64,000 nt of DNA from Candidatus Latescibacterota bacterium (GCA_963422735.1 OY730476.1:2784001-2848000), one strand, 5' to 3'; shown: positions 8,456-19,627, numbered from the stretch's first letter. Numbers and translations: made by a program. The notes: generated by a model not told the origin, from the letters alone.

Positions 8456-8743
8456 ATGAGCCCACAAGCCGCAGCCGAGATTTTGAGGTTGACCGCCTTG
8501 GATGGCAATCTGGGAACCGATGCCGCTAAGGCGATTGATGCCGCCTTTTGCAAGTACCCAACGTGGCCCGAGTTCAGCATGGCCGCTTGGTCAAACCTAG
8601 TCGGCGAAGTGGCCCGATGCGCTTCCTATTTACCCACCGGCAATGCCGAAGCGTGGGCTTGGGTGGCTCGCCAAGCTTTGGAACTGTCCCTAGCGCACTC
8701 GCCCATGAACAACGATGGGCACTTTTGGCAAAGTGACAGGTAG
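8456..8743 (+). CDS. Hypothetical phage protein
   Basis: GGAGGG RBS; tight spacing. Confidence 0.55.
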   Translation: MSPQAAAEILRLTALDGNLGTDAAKAIDAAFCKYPTWPEFSMAAWSNLVGEVARCASYLPTGNAEAWAWVARQALELSLAHSPMNNDGHFWQSDR

Positions 8744-8749
8744 GGTGAT

Positions 8750-9847
8750 ATGACACTCGCCGAGCGCATAAAGGAGATCGTGGGAGATCGCGGCTTCCGC
8801 TGGTCGCGCTCCTACGAGCACCAGTACAAGCAGATGCCCAGCCAGTGGCGGTCCAAGCTGCGGTCAATGGGCTTGATCGCCCGGCTGGATGACGACGAGG
8901 CCGTCCGGTCGGACGTGGTGGTCGAGGCCATCGGGCTGTCCGACGAGGACGACCTGCTTCGGGCTATAGCCGACCGCGAGCGGCTGCTGTCTGAGGACCA
9001 CGAGGAGATGCCGATGGACTACACGGACGACGAGGCCGCCTTTGGCTCGCTGGAGGTGCATCCGGCCCTTGCCTGCCTGCCGGTTGGCATGGATCTGACG
9101 GACTCGATCGAGGCCGATGGCCTAGCCCAGCCCATTGTCTTGGACGCTCAGATTCGCATCGTCGATGGTCGCTCACGGTTGGCCGCTTGCTTGGCGACAC
9201 AGACGCCCGTGCGATGGGTCTCCTTGGCTGACATTGCGCCGGGCATGGACCCGAGCGTGTATGTGATCATGTCCAACTGCGGTCCCCGGCGGTCGCTGAC
9301 AGCCAAAGAGAAGGCGGTCGCTGTCGCTCGCATCGTGCGCTCCGTGCGCAGCGCACAGGTCGTCTCTTTGGCGCGAGCGAGCGAGGTCAACAGGATGTAT
9401 GTCGAGTACGCCTTGAGCATCATGCGAAGCGATGAGGCAGACCTCATCGCCGCCCTCGACAGCGACTCGACGCCGCTCTACAAGCTGTACCACGAGCTGC
9501 GTGAACGCATCCGCCAGCGGGAGCAAGCCCGCGCCGACAAGCTGCTCGATGCGTGGATGAAGATCTACCAGCCCCATATCCCGATGGACCGCTGGCTGCC
9601 TGCCAGAGGCCAGTCCACCACGGACACCCTCTCGGCGACGGGCTTGTGCTTGTGGCGCAAGGCCGAGGAGGATAGGCCGTCGGGGTACGGGGAGTTGGTA
9701 GTCGGAGACGTGGAGCTGGCCGAGGCAGATAGGCCGTTGGAGGTCCCACTGGAGGAGTGGCCCCGCGACGCACTAATACAAGAAGTTCGCCATCTCCGGG
9801 CCCTTTTGGACTCGGCGGGCATCCCCCACCATCATCACAAGGAGTAG
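8750..9847 (+). CDS. ParB-like domain protein
   Basis: VHPAL, SIEADGLAQPIVL, IVDGRSRLAAC, SNxxxRRSLT. Confidence 0.7.
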   Translation: MTLAERIKEIVGDRGFRWSRSYEHQYKQMPSQWRSKLRSMGLIARLDDDEAVRSDVVVEAIGLSDEDDLLRAIADRERLLSEDHEEMPMDYTDDEAAFGSLEVHPALACLPVGMDLTDSIEADGLAQPIVLDAQIRIVDGRSRLAACLATQTPVRWVSLADIAPGMDPSVYVIMSNCGPRRSLTAKEKAVAVARIVRSVRSAQVVSLARASEVNRMYVEYALSIMRSDEADLIAALDSDSTPLYKLYHELRERIRQREQARADKLLDAWMKIYQPHIPMDRWLPARGQSTTDTLSATGLCLWRKAEEDRPSGYGELVVGDVELAEADRPLEVPLEEWPRDALIQEVRHLRALLDSAGIPHHHHKE

Positions 9848-9853
9848 AAAGTC

Positions 9854-10135
9854 GTGAACGAAATCCCTAGGGGCAAGAAAGACATCCGGGTGGGGCGATC
9901 CAAGCCTGGCCGCTACGACAAGTCCCAGTGGGGAGGCTTTCGCCGCCTCGCTTGCGCGGTGATCATCCGTGCGGTCTTTGACCTGAGCAACGAGCAGGAG
10001 CGGGCCTCGGCTCGTTGCTTCTTGTTGGACGACTGCAACCCGTGGGCTGAGGCCAGCGAGATCGCCGACATCCACGAGCGGCTAGCGGCCATCGTCCGCG
10101 AGAGCGACCTACTACTAGAGAGGGATGAGACATGA
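9854..10135 (+). CDS. Small phage protein (RRLACAVIIRAVFDL family)
   Basis: AAGGAG RBS; similar to host ORF 43661-43909. Confidence 0.6.
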   Translation: MNEIPRGKKDIRVGRSKPGRYDKSQWGGFRRLACAVIIRAVFDLSNEQERASARCFLLDDCNPWAEASEIADIHERLAAIVRESDLLLERDET

Positions 10136-10752
10136 AGATCGGTTCGCACTACGACGTCCCGCAGGTACGGGCCATCTGGCGGGCCACCGTCCCGCGCTGG
10201 CTGCCGGTGCTCGGCCCGCTGCACATGGACGAGGAGTTGAATTTTGCTCATTGGCATTGGCACATCGATCAGCGGTTTCTGCCGACCCCCATCTACCGCC
10301 AGTGCCTTAGCGAGACGAACCCCCCATCTCCCCATTACTTATACAACTTTCCGATCATGGTAGGCCTCGTTGTTCCTCTCGGCCGTCGCACCGTCAACGA
10401 CGAGACGGGCTACATCGTCGGCGTCAATCCCAAGTGGCATTCGGCGGAGTATGAGCGCACCGTCTCCGACTATCTGCGGTCGCTCCCGCGGGAGACTTGG
10501 CTCCGCGTGAGCCGTATGACCTACAAGAGGCCCTTCGAGCGCTGCGAAGCTCACGCCTCGCTGCGGTCAAAGCTGGCAGTCACCCACCGCGGTGCGACGC
10601 TTAACCTGCGTCGCACCGTTTGCCCACACCGAGGCGCAGACCTGTCCGGCATCGAGCCGGTGGACGGCGTGATCACCTGCCCACTGCACGGAATGCAGTT
10701 CTGCGCTCGAACCGGAAAGGCAATCCACCCAACCACAGGAAGGAGGGCATGA
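10132..10752 (+). CDS. Protein with C-terminal Rieske [2Fe-2S] domain
   Basis: CPHRGADL...ITCPLHGMQF (CxH...CxxH). Confidence 0.8.
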   Translation: MKIGSHYDVPQVRAIWRATVPRWLPVLGPLHMDEELNFAHWHWHIDQRFLPTPIYRQCLSETNPPSPHYLYNFPIMVGLVVPLGRRTVNDETGYIVGVNPKWHSAEYERTVSDYLRSLPRETWLRVSRMTYKRPFERCEAHASLRSKLAVTHRGATLNLRRTVCPHRGADLSGIEPVDGVITCPLHGMQFCARTGKAIHPTTGRRA

Positions 10753-10853
10753 AGAACGAGTATCATTTGCGGCATGCCCCAAGAGGTCGCTCAAGCGATT
10801 GCCGACCGCGGCACAATCGTTGTCGAGTTCCTGTAAGGGGGCTAGTTATGGGC

Positions 10854-10898
10854 GAAAGCCCCCGGATATGGAGATGGTTCCGTCCGGGGGCTTTCTTT
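10854..10898. terminator. Intrinsic (probably bidirectional) terminator
   Basis: gaaagcccccgga...tccgggggctttc followed by T-run, between convergent genes. Confidence 0.7.
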
Positions 10899-10952
10899 GA
10901 TCCGATGAGTGCGGACTGGCTCAAGGCCGGCCCGCCTCGGGATCGTTATGTC

Positions 10953-11204
10953 TCAGTTGGATAAAAATCTAGATACGAATATAGGGTAGAGAAGTACAAT
11001 GTTAATGCCAAGCGACACGAAAAGGGAGAGACCCAAGCAGCGTCTATTGCTTCGGAGTCGCCTCTCCAGCTTATTGAATGATTCCAGCAGGATGACCAAT
11101 CCCTTCGATGACGACTTAGGCGTCGCAGGGTCCAAGCTGCGGATGCGTTCAAACTGATCGACTTTGCAACGGATGTTGCGGCGTTCCCCTTTTGGCTTTG
11201 TCAT
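10953..11204 (-). CDS. Hypothetical protein with C-terminal TM helix
   Basis: GAGGGGAG RBS; LGLSLFVSLGINIVLL. Confidence 0.5.
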   Translation of the reverse strand: MTKPKGERRNIRCKVDQFERIRSLDPATPKSSSKGLVILLESFNKLERRLRSNRRCLGLSLFVSLGINIVLLYPIFVSRFLSN

Positions 11205-11224
11205 CGTACTCCCCTCTTTCGGAG

Positions 11225-11680
11225 TTAGGTCCTTTTCTTTTTTAAGTGGTATCGGCTCTTTTGCCACTCGCTGGCCTTGCGTCCACAGTCCTCGCACAGC
11301 CGCCGGTTGGGCCTAGCCGGACGAGCACAGCGAATGCACTTACCCGTCGCAGCGCGAAGATTGTATCGCTGACCATGATCCCTCTTAGTTAGCTTCGAGC
11401 ACGCGGCACACAGCGTGGAGCCCTCCAGCCTCGGGCGGTTGCACCGACCGCACCGACCGCTAGACAGGCGCACCCTACGCCGTTTCCTATGATTAGCCAA
11501 GCACGCCTCGCATCGACCGCCTCTACCCTTGCCACCTCTACAATCCTTGCCGCATTCGAAGCATTTGCCCGACGCGACGCGCTTCCGATACCATTCTCGC
11601 CGCTTAGCCAAGCACATCTCGCATCGGATACGATCCGGTCTCTTGACTTCGTTGCCACAACTACACCTTTTCTTACTCAT
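11225..11680 (-). CDS. Cys-rich, basic multi-zinc-ribbon protein
   Basis: Repeated CxxC pairs (GKCFECG, GRCGRC, GKCIRC). Confidence 0.6.
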   Translation of the reverse strand: MSKKRCSCGNEVKRPDRIRCEMCLAKRREWYRKRVASGKCFECGKDCRGGKGRGGRCEACLANHRKRRRVRLSSGRCGRCNRPRLEGSTLCAACSKLTKRDHGQRYNLRAATGKCIRCARPARPNRRLCEDCGRKASEWQKSRYHLKKKRT

Positions 11681-11773
11681 ACAGGCTACCCCTTTTTGAA
11701 TACTTGTCAAGGTAGGGTGATGCAGTCTTTGTGTCAAGTGTATTTTTAGGGTGCGTCGATGGCTACGGACGAC

Positions 11774-11998
11774 ATACACACACTAATAGGTGTTATTTTT
11801 AGTCGATCTATTCGTCCTTCCTTTTCAGTTCAAAAAAGACCCAATCGTCGTAAGAGGCCGCAAACGGCCTTTTCTCGCTAGTTTAGTCCGATCTTATATC
11901 CATACATACCTAGTACTAAGGAAGACGTCCGCTCTCGCCCTTTTCAACAGCCTAAGACGATTCCCCTTCCCCTACTCCTTTCGGGCACAGGCTGTCTC
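11774..11998. repeat. Non-coding direct repeat, copy 2
   Basis: Matches 6349-6588. Confidence 0.9.
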
Positions 11999-12127
11999 TC
12001 CTTCTTCACGTTGGTGTTTCCGATCCTCCATCTGCTAGGCTCCAGTGCGCCCCATTGAACCAGGCCACCAGCGAGTAGCGCATCCCCGGTGTCTGCTCAG
12101 GCGCGAAGTGCGCCTAGCATTAGCTGG

Positions 12128-12502
12128 TCACTTTCTCTCCCCTATATCCCATATAGCCAGCTTATCGCCGGGGAAGGTTAGGCGGCCATTATTAATCCCG
12201 TAGGATACTTCGCCATCCTCGGGCTCAATGCCGATGTAATCCCAAGGGTACGTGTGATAGACCCACTCCCCTTTTGACAGCACAGTCGCCGTCAACCCTA
12301 GGCGCGACCAGTAGAGTAGGCCGGGGCGGTCATACATGCAGCGTGTCCCATTAGCTACGCCTTTGGCTACAAAAGACAGTCGTATGGCAGGGCCTGATTC
12401 GGTAGTAACTTCTTCGGGGGCGATAAGGGCCTGATCCTTAGAGCAAGCACCTAGGCCTAGTACAGCGACTAGGATGGCGCAGATGATGCATCGGTAAAAC
12501 AT
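12128..12502 (-). CDS. Lipoprotein
   Basis: GGAGG RBS; signal peptide ending in lipobox LGAC. Confidence 0.65.
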   Translation of the reverse strand: MFYRCIICAILVAVLGLGACSKDQALIAPEEVTTESGPAIRLSFVAKGVANGTRCMYDRPGLLYWSRLGLTATVLSKGEWVYHTYPWDYIGIEPEDGEVSYGINNGRLTFPGDKLAIWDIGERK

Positions 12503-12645
12503 GGATTACCTCCACACTAGAACCAAAGGAATTAGGGTTGTCAATTGGCAATTATAATCATTGCCAGAAGAAAAATAAAGGGAAGGGTAAGAGGCGGCCT
12601 GTACTTAGGGACGACAAGTGCCCCTTCGTGCATGCCCGCGTTCCT

Positions 12646-12963
12646 TTAGGATGAGGGTTTCGGTCGCAGCGTATCTAATTGCGCTACGATCGACTCGAGG
12701 ATCTCGCACTGCGCCGACAGACGCTCCAAGCCGATAATCAGCCCAATCGGGCCGAGCTCTTTGCGCGTCGCCTCGCATTGGTGCTCAAGGTTGTTGTAGA
12801 GTCCGCTCAGGTGCTGGTGAAGCTGAGCCAGCGCGTCGTCGTCGCCCTGCTGGCCGAGCAAGCCCTGGAGGCTTTCGAGGGCATCGGCCTCCTCTTGAGG
12901 GGTTGTGGCCGCGCCCAACGTTGCGGCGGCACCGACGATTTGCTCTTTGTCATTCGGGTTCAT
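12646..12963 (-). CDS. Hypothetical phage protein
   Basis: GAGGAG RBS; ATGA overlap. Confidence 0.5.
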   Translation of the reverse strand: MNPNDKEQIVGAAATLGAATTPQEEADALESLQGLLGQQGDDDALAQLHQHLSGLYNNLEHQCEATRKELGPIGLIIGLERLSAQCEILESIVAQLDTLRPKPSS

Positions 12964-13163
12964 TGTACAATCTCCTCGACGGCCTCTCGCCATCCGTCCG
13001 GGGGGCTGTCGCCGGAGTCGGACCACTCAATGAGCCGACAGGCTTCGGCACAGACCAACAAGTGCTCGCCCAAGGCCCGGCGCAAGGGGTCGCCTTCTTC
13101 GGTCAACTGTTCACCGAGCCTGCGCACCGCCTGATATTGATACTCCCAACTTCCGCCACTCAT
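12960..13163 (-). CDS. Hypothetical phage protein (MSGGSWEY...)
   Basis: GGAGGAG RBS; ATGA overlaps on both sides. Confidence 0.55.
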   Translation of the reverse strand: MSGGSWEYQYQAVRRLGEQLTEEGDPLRRALGEHLLVCAEACRLIEWSDSGDSPPDGWREAVEEIVQ

Positions 13164-13456
13164 TCGGCCGGCTCCTCCGCGGTGGCAAGTTCGTCCAGTG
13201 CGGTCTGCAAGGGAGTGGTCGTATCGAGGAGGGCTTGCCTTTCGAGCTGGCCGCGCTCGACCTCCTCCCGTGCGTTCTTCGCACAGCAGGTGAAACATTC
13301 GGCTTTCTGCGGGTTGGTGTCTTTGGCCGCGGCGGCCTTCTTAGTCCAAAAATCAGCCTCCTCCTCTTTCTCTTGGATATAGTTCGTCCAAGTTTGGACT
13401 AACTCGTTTTGTTGAGTCAGTGCCCCTTGCAGTCGTTGCTGAATAGATTGAGACAT
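13160..13456 (-). CDS. Hypothetical coiled-coil protein
   Basis: AAGGGAG RBS; downstream of the fibre gene. Confidence 0.55.
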   Translation of the reverse strand: MSQSIQQRLQGALTQQNELVQTWTNYIQEKEEEADFWTKKAAAAKDTNPQKAECFTCCAKNAREEVERGQLERQALLDTTTPLQTALDELATAEEPAE

Positions 13457-13495
13457 GATCGTCTCCCTTCTGGGGGTAAACGTTGAGATAGTTGA

Positions 13496-14662
<1,167 letters not shown>

Positions 14663-17600
14663 TCAAGCCTTTCCGTAGTAGGGCCCGGCCACATCGTCGT
14701 CATTAACGTAGGCGACGCGCACTTGGTACTCCGTTTCGGGCTGCAACCCCCAGATGATATATGTACCATGAGTATCTTTTGGCAGGAACGCTTCCGACAT
14801 AGGCACAAAAGGCGAGGTGGCCAAGCCCCACTGTATGCGAGTGCGATAGATGCTCGATGGGTCAAAGATCACGCGCAGGCTCGTATCGCCAGCCGCCACC
14901 ACCCTGACCGCCGCGGGCGCATCGGGCACCGGCGACACCGGGGCCGCCTGAGTCGTTGCGCTACGCGAGCGAGCGTCCGAGAGTGGACTGCTCTGTACTC
15001 GGTAGCGCAACTGAACCACGTACGCCGTGTTCGGCTCCAACCCTCGGATGATGTAGGGGCCGTCGCCCAGCCCCGCGGCGATGCCGACCCGCCGGTCGAA
15101 GCCACCCCCACTGGCGGCGGTACCCCACTCGACCTGAGCGGTCAGACCGTACGTGGACGGCAGGGTGAACCGCACCGCGATCGTCGTGTCGGTGCAGTCG
15201 GCGGCGTCGATGGCGGGAAACTCCGTCGCCGTAGGCAGGCCGGGCGCGGTAGCCTTAGCCGGCGGCGGCGATGCCACATAGATGGCAAAATCCTCCTCGA
15301 TGGACTGATCGCCCTTACTGGCTCGCCACGTGATTCTAAACAACCCTTCCTTGATCGGCGTCCCCGTGATGCGCCCTGTCGTCGTTTCGCTTAGGGCCAA
15401 GCCCGCCGGCAGGCTCCCGTAGAGGATGCCATAGGTAATATCGTCTTGGTCGCCCTTAACCAACGGGAGCTGAAACGGAGTCGTGGTATCGACCGTTTCG
15501 CCTTGTGTCAGCGAGGGAATATGTCGAGTGCCGAAGACCAAAGGCGGCGGCGTGGCAGGGGCCGGCGACGGCGTGAAGCGGATGTACCGGTCCGTGTCTC
15601 TTAGGTAGTAGTCCCCGGCGACGCCAGCGGGATTGCGATGGCGGACGGTAACGCGATATTCGACCCCCGGCTGCAGGTTCGAGATGATATATTCCTGCCC
15701 GTAGGATACCGCGTTGCCCGCCGGGTGCCACTGGGCACCTTCGAGATACTCCCACTCCAGTTCGGTAAAAAAGTCGCCGCTGGACGTCCAGTGGATCGTC
15801 GCCGAGGTGGGGGTGCGCTCATTTCGGGGTACGCGGACGCCTTCGGGTGCTGGCGGCGCAGGCACCGGAGCTTGGTATCGATCGACGATCTGTGCAGGAT
15901 ACCAGTTGGTTGCCAGCGCGGCGTCGGGCGACCACGTGCGCAGCAGCAGCCAGACGGCCGGCTGCTGCGCGGTGGCAGCCGGCGGCTGCACATGGGCCGG
16001 GCGACCGTCGAGGGTCGGCCGGAAGTGCTCGTTGGTTTTCTCCCCATCGGTCTGGTCTGCTATCGTCGGATAGGGGTCGGACGGGCCTGTCCAGTAGGCC
16101 CGCTGCGGACGCTGGACCACCGGCGCAGGATGAACCGTCAGCGTCCGGTCCATCTCAGCCGATTGTGCCCCGTCGATGGCCTGCCACACCAGAGAGTAGT
16201 CGCCCACACGCGTCGGCGTCCCCGTGATGCACCCCGCGGTGGTCTTACTCAAGGTCAGACCTGCAGGCAGGCTCCCATACAGGATCGAATACGCCTTGAC
16301 GTCGTCTAAGGCGGCGACCGTCGGCAGTTGCAAGGGGTTGGACGTGTCGATGGGCTGACCGACCACCAAGCGTGGGAGATGCTCGGTAGATACGTCGAAT
16401 CGGATAGTAGCCGGGGTCGGCTTGGTCTTCGCCGAGCGCGAGCGAGCGTCTGAGAGCGGACTGCCCTGTACCCGGTAGCGCAACTGGACGACGTACGCCG
16501 TGTTCGGCTCCAGCCCTCGGATGATGTAGGGGCCATCGCCCAGCCCCGCGGCGATACCAACCCGCCGGTCGAAGCCACCCCCGCTGGCGGCGGTACCCCA
16601 CTCGACCTGAGCGGTCAGACCGTACGTGGACGGCAGGGTGAACCGCACCGCGATCGTCGTGTCGGTGCAGTCGGCGGCGTCGAGGGCGGGAAACTCCGTC
16701 GCCGTAGGCAGGCCGGGCGCGGCCGGGGCCGGCGTAGGCTCCGTCGCCTTGCTCAGCACTAGGTCGCCGCTGGCCGTGCCGAAAAAGTTGCGGTAGCGCA
16801 CCTTGATCGGGTACGTCTTCCCTCCATCCAATCCCCTGATCACGTAGGTGCTGTATATGCCCGAGGCGATGCCGTGCCGCGTGTAGTTCCCGCTCTCGGG
16901 GTAGCCCCACTCGACTTCGGCGTAATGGCCCCCCATCAGCCCGGTGATAGCCACACTGATGGTGTTGTGCGTCGCGGTCAGGACGATCTCGGAGGACTGC
17001 GGGTCGGCGGGGGCGGGCAAAGAGGACGGATCGCCGGCGACGAGAGTTAGGCCATCCCGCTCCACTTGTACGGGCGTCGAGGCGGTCCACAGGGTGTAGG
17101 TCTGTGGACTAGTGCCTGTCAGTTTGCGCTCAATGCGCCAGATTATGGGGTGGTCCCTGGTGGGCGCGGGCAAGCTCCGCGCCCACCCCGTCGGCGTGTA
17201 GTTAGGGTCGAGGTGCGGCATGGACTGCACGGCCTCTGGAACAGTCGGTAGAGTGTCCGTGCCGATCTGGTAGGCGTATTGGACGACGGTGGTGGGTAAC
17301 GGGTAGATCGTCCCGGTCGCTGCTTTCGACTCATTGCCGGTCGTGTCGACATGCTTGATCGCATAGGTGCGCATAGCCGGCGTCTCGCTTATGCCGTCGG
17401 CTGGCAGTATGACGATCTCATTGGCCGATGTCTTGTAGGGGGTCGCAGTCGATCCATCCACAGCGTCTGTGATTAGGGTATGGTCGTAGTCGTCCTCTGT
17501 TGGGTCTGTCCACGTCAGCCGGTATCCGCCGGCCAACTCGGAGACGGACACCCCCGCGGGCGCAGCAGGCGCAGCAGTATCTTTGGTGGAGACGGCAGCC

Positions 17601-19624
17601 GTCGCCTCGTCGGTCCACGGCGAGACCCCCCTTTCTTTATCTGCTAATCGAGCTTGCCAGTACACGTCCACCAGCGGCTCGACAGCCAGCCGACCTTCTC
17701 CTGTTGTTCCCAAATCGTGTTGCGTTGATGGGTACGTGCCCGAGACGGTGGTCCAGCGTAGCTGTAGCGTGGTGCCGACCACCGTCTCCCAGGAGACATG
17801 GAGTATTGAGAACGGCTCGCCGTTGAGAAGTTGGTCTTCGCGCTTGACCGTTATGTCCTCGGCGTCTATGGCGACGGCAGCCGATTCGGTCTTCACGGGC
17901 TTTTGGCCGTACTCCGTGAATGCGCTTGCCTCGGCTACATCATGGTCCGAGGCCGCCAGTGCCTCGCGCAGGTACAGACGGATAGGCCCCTTGGTGTGCT
18001 CGATGCCCTCTAGGATGAAGGTCTTGTCCGTCCACCCCATGTCCGAAGCAGTCAGCTTTACTGGATGCCCGGGCACCAGCGCGGCAGTAGCAGGGGTGTA
18101 TGGCAGCAGGACCTTGCAGGTCAGGCGCTGGGCCAGTGCCTTAGCCTCGACATGCGTCCAGTGCTGTGCTTGGTAGTAGTCTGTCATCAGGGTGCTGGGA
18201 CGCAACTGCTCGATGCGCTCGATACCGTCTATAAATTTGAGCTCGTTGTTGACGACCACCGGCAGCTCGGCCTTGTTGTCCTCGGCTTGAGCGCAGGCCT
18301 CCAGCGATAGGCGCACCGTGTTGAACCGCTTGCCGGCTGGCACGGTCTCGACCTCTTCGATGTGCAAGCCATCGTCGTAGCCGTAGGACACCGCTGGGCG
18401 GTCCAGTAAGGTCGAGCCGGGGCGCAGGTAGACCTTGTCGCCTGACAGCGCGATATAGCCATGCCAGAGATATTCGATGGACCGGAGCAGGTGCAAGGGG
18501 TCGTCGCTGCTCCGCACGACGCCGCTCCAAGCATACGGCTGGATCGTTATGGTTTGGGTTTGACTTCGGCTACGGTGAGACCGAGGGCGCGAGCGACTAG
18601 GTAGGGTAATCGTTCTCGGCGTCCTGTCGCCGATAGAGATTTCTTTTGTTGCGGCGCACGCAGTCCGCGCACTGGCCAAGTCTGTCTCGTCAATGGCGTT
18701 AGCCGGAAAACCCAGTCGCTCGGTCAGCAGCCATACGGCGATGTCCGCCGAGTTCGTACTGCCCGGTATTCCATTTACGGCAATGCCGTCCACCTCAAAA
18801 GACAAAGACGGTACGCTGGTCGGATACGGCTTGTGAACCGTGTTGTACGTGTTCGATTCGTTGAAGTTTTCGTATGATGTCCGCTTTCTAAGTTTTTTGG
18901 GTTGTTCGTAATTGATTGAATTATCCCTCCCCAAACCACTTGCGGATATATCGATGGCGATGTGTGCCCAAGAGACGCCTTTGAGTTGGTGGCTCTTGGT
19001 CCACTCTTGTTCGCCTTCTTCCAGCTCGGTCATCTGGAAAATGCCTTGCCCTCGCCCTCTTTTAGTACGATCGGACTCGGACATGGGCACATGGCGCGTT
19101 AGTTGCTGGAGGTCGTAGCCCTCGGCACCGTCGGCTTTAAAGTTTAGGTAGGCGCGAATACCTCCAGCCCACGGCGAGTTGCCGTCTTTGTTGCTTACCG
19201 GTTCCCACCAGCCTTTTGATTGGTATTCGAGCTTGACGCGTTCGCCATCGACCCATATGTAGGTGTTGCCTTTGGGGTCTGGTGTCTTGAGCGATTCCTC
19301 ACTCAAGACGATGGCCAAGTCGACGCGATTCTTCCGCCTCGTAGCTTGAAAAGCGTAGACGATCTGGCCGCCCACTCTCACCCCCTTACCTATCACCCAT
19401 TGCCTTTCAACTGAGGCGGCCATCTCGGCCTGAACCGGGACGGGCCGCCCTTGCGTAGTAGCCCTCTTCGGCGGCGTAGAGAGTGCGCTGAGGACACCCA
19501 AACCGAAGGTCATGAGGGCTCCAGCCGGCGTTACCGCCCCAGCCGCGTAGGCCGCACCTAACAGGCCCCCCTGCAGGCCCAGCCCGCGAGCTTCGTCTCC
19601 GGTGATGTTGTCTAAGGGTACCAT
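14663..19624 (-). CDS. Tail tip / central fibre protein (lambda J-like N-terminus) with fibronectin-III and Ig-like domains
   Basis: VIGKGVRVGGQIVY, HQLKGVSW, PSLSFEVDG; FnIII GLEPNTAYVVQLR; Ig-like GSLPAGLTLS..GxITGTP; internal duplication 14964-15249 / 16437-16722. Confidence 0.8.
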   Translation of the reverse strand: MVPLDNITGDEARGLGLQGGLLGAAYAAGAVTPAGALMTFGLGVLSALSTPPKRATTQGRPVPVQAEMAASVERQWVIGKGVRVGGQIVYAFQATRRKNRVDLAIVLSEESLKTPDPKGNTYIWVDGERVKLEYQSKGWWEPVSNKDGNSPWAGGIRAYLNFKADGAEGYDLQQLTRHVPMSESDRTKRGRGQGIFQMTELEEGEQEWTKSHQLKGVSWAHIAIDISASGLGRDNSINYEQPKKLRKRTSYENFNESNTYNTVHKPYPTSVPSLSFEVDGIAVNGIPGSTNSADIAVWLLTERLGFPANAIDETDLASARTACAATKEISIGDRTPRTITLPSRSRPRSHRSRSQTQTITIQPYAWSGVVRSSDDPLHLLRSIEYLWHGYIALSGDKVYLRPGSTLLDRPAVSYGYDDGLHIEEVETVPAGKRFNTVRLSLEACAQAEDNKAELPVVVNNELKFIDGIERIEQLRPSTLMTDYYQAQHWTHVEAKALAQRLTCKVLLPYTPATAALVPGHPVKLTASDMGWTDKTFILEGIEHTKGPIRLYLREALAASDHDVAEASAFTEYGQKPVKTESAAVAIDAEDITVKREDQLLNGEPFSILHVSWETVVGTTLQLRWTTVSGTYPSTQHDLGTTGEGRLAVEPLVDVYWQARLADKERGVSPWTDEATAAVSTKDTAAPAAPAGVSVSELAGGYRLTWTDPTEDDYDHTLITDAVDGSTATPYKTSANEIVILPADGISETPAMRTYAIKHVDTTGNESKAATGTIYPLPTTVVQYAYQIGTDTLPTVPEAVQSMPHLDPNYTPTGWARSLPAPTRDHPIIWRIERKLTGTSPQTYTLWTASTPVQVERDGLTLVAGDPSSLPAPADPQSSEIVLTATHNTISVAITGLMGGHYAEVEWGYPESGNYTRHGIASGIYSTYVIRGLDGGKTYPIKVRYRNFFGTASGDLVLSKATEPTPAPAAPGLPTATEFPALDAADCTDTTIAVRFTLPSTYGLTAQVEWGTAASGGGFDRRVGIAAGLGDGPYIIRGLEPNTAYVVQLRYRVQGSPLSDARSRSAKTKPTPATIRFDVSTEHLPRLVVGQPIDTSNPLQLPTVAALDDVKAYSILYGSLPAGLTLSKTTAGCITGTPTRVGDYSLVWQAIDGAQSAEMDRTLTVHPAPVVQRPQRAYWTGPSDPYPTIADQTDGEKTNEHFRPTLDGRPAHVQPPAATAQQPAVWLLLRTWSPDAALATNWYPAQIVDRYQAPVPAPPAPEGVRVPRNERTPTSATIHWTSSGDFFTELEWEYLEGAQWHPAGNAVSYGQEYIISNLQPGVEYRVTVRHRNPAGVAGDYYLRDTDRYIRFTPSPAPATPPPLVFGTRHIPSLTQGETVDTTTPFQLPLVKGDQDDITYGILYGSLPAGLALSETTTGRITGTPIKEGLFRITWRASKGDQSIEEDFAIYVASPPPAKATAPGLPTATEFPAIDAADCTDTTIAVRFTLPSTYGLTAQVEWGTAASGGGFDRRVGIAAGLGDGPYIIRGLEPNTAYVVQLRYRVQSSPLSDARSRSATTQAAPVSPVPDAPAAVRVVAAGDTSLRVIFDPSSIYRTRIQWGLATSPFVPMSEAFLPKDTHGTYIIWGLQPETEYQVRVAYVNDDDVAGPYYGKA

Positions 19625-19627
19625 GCT

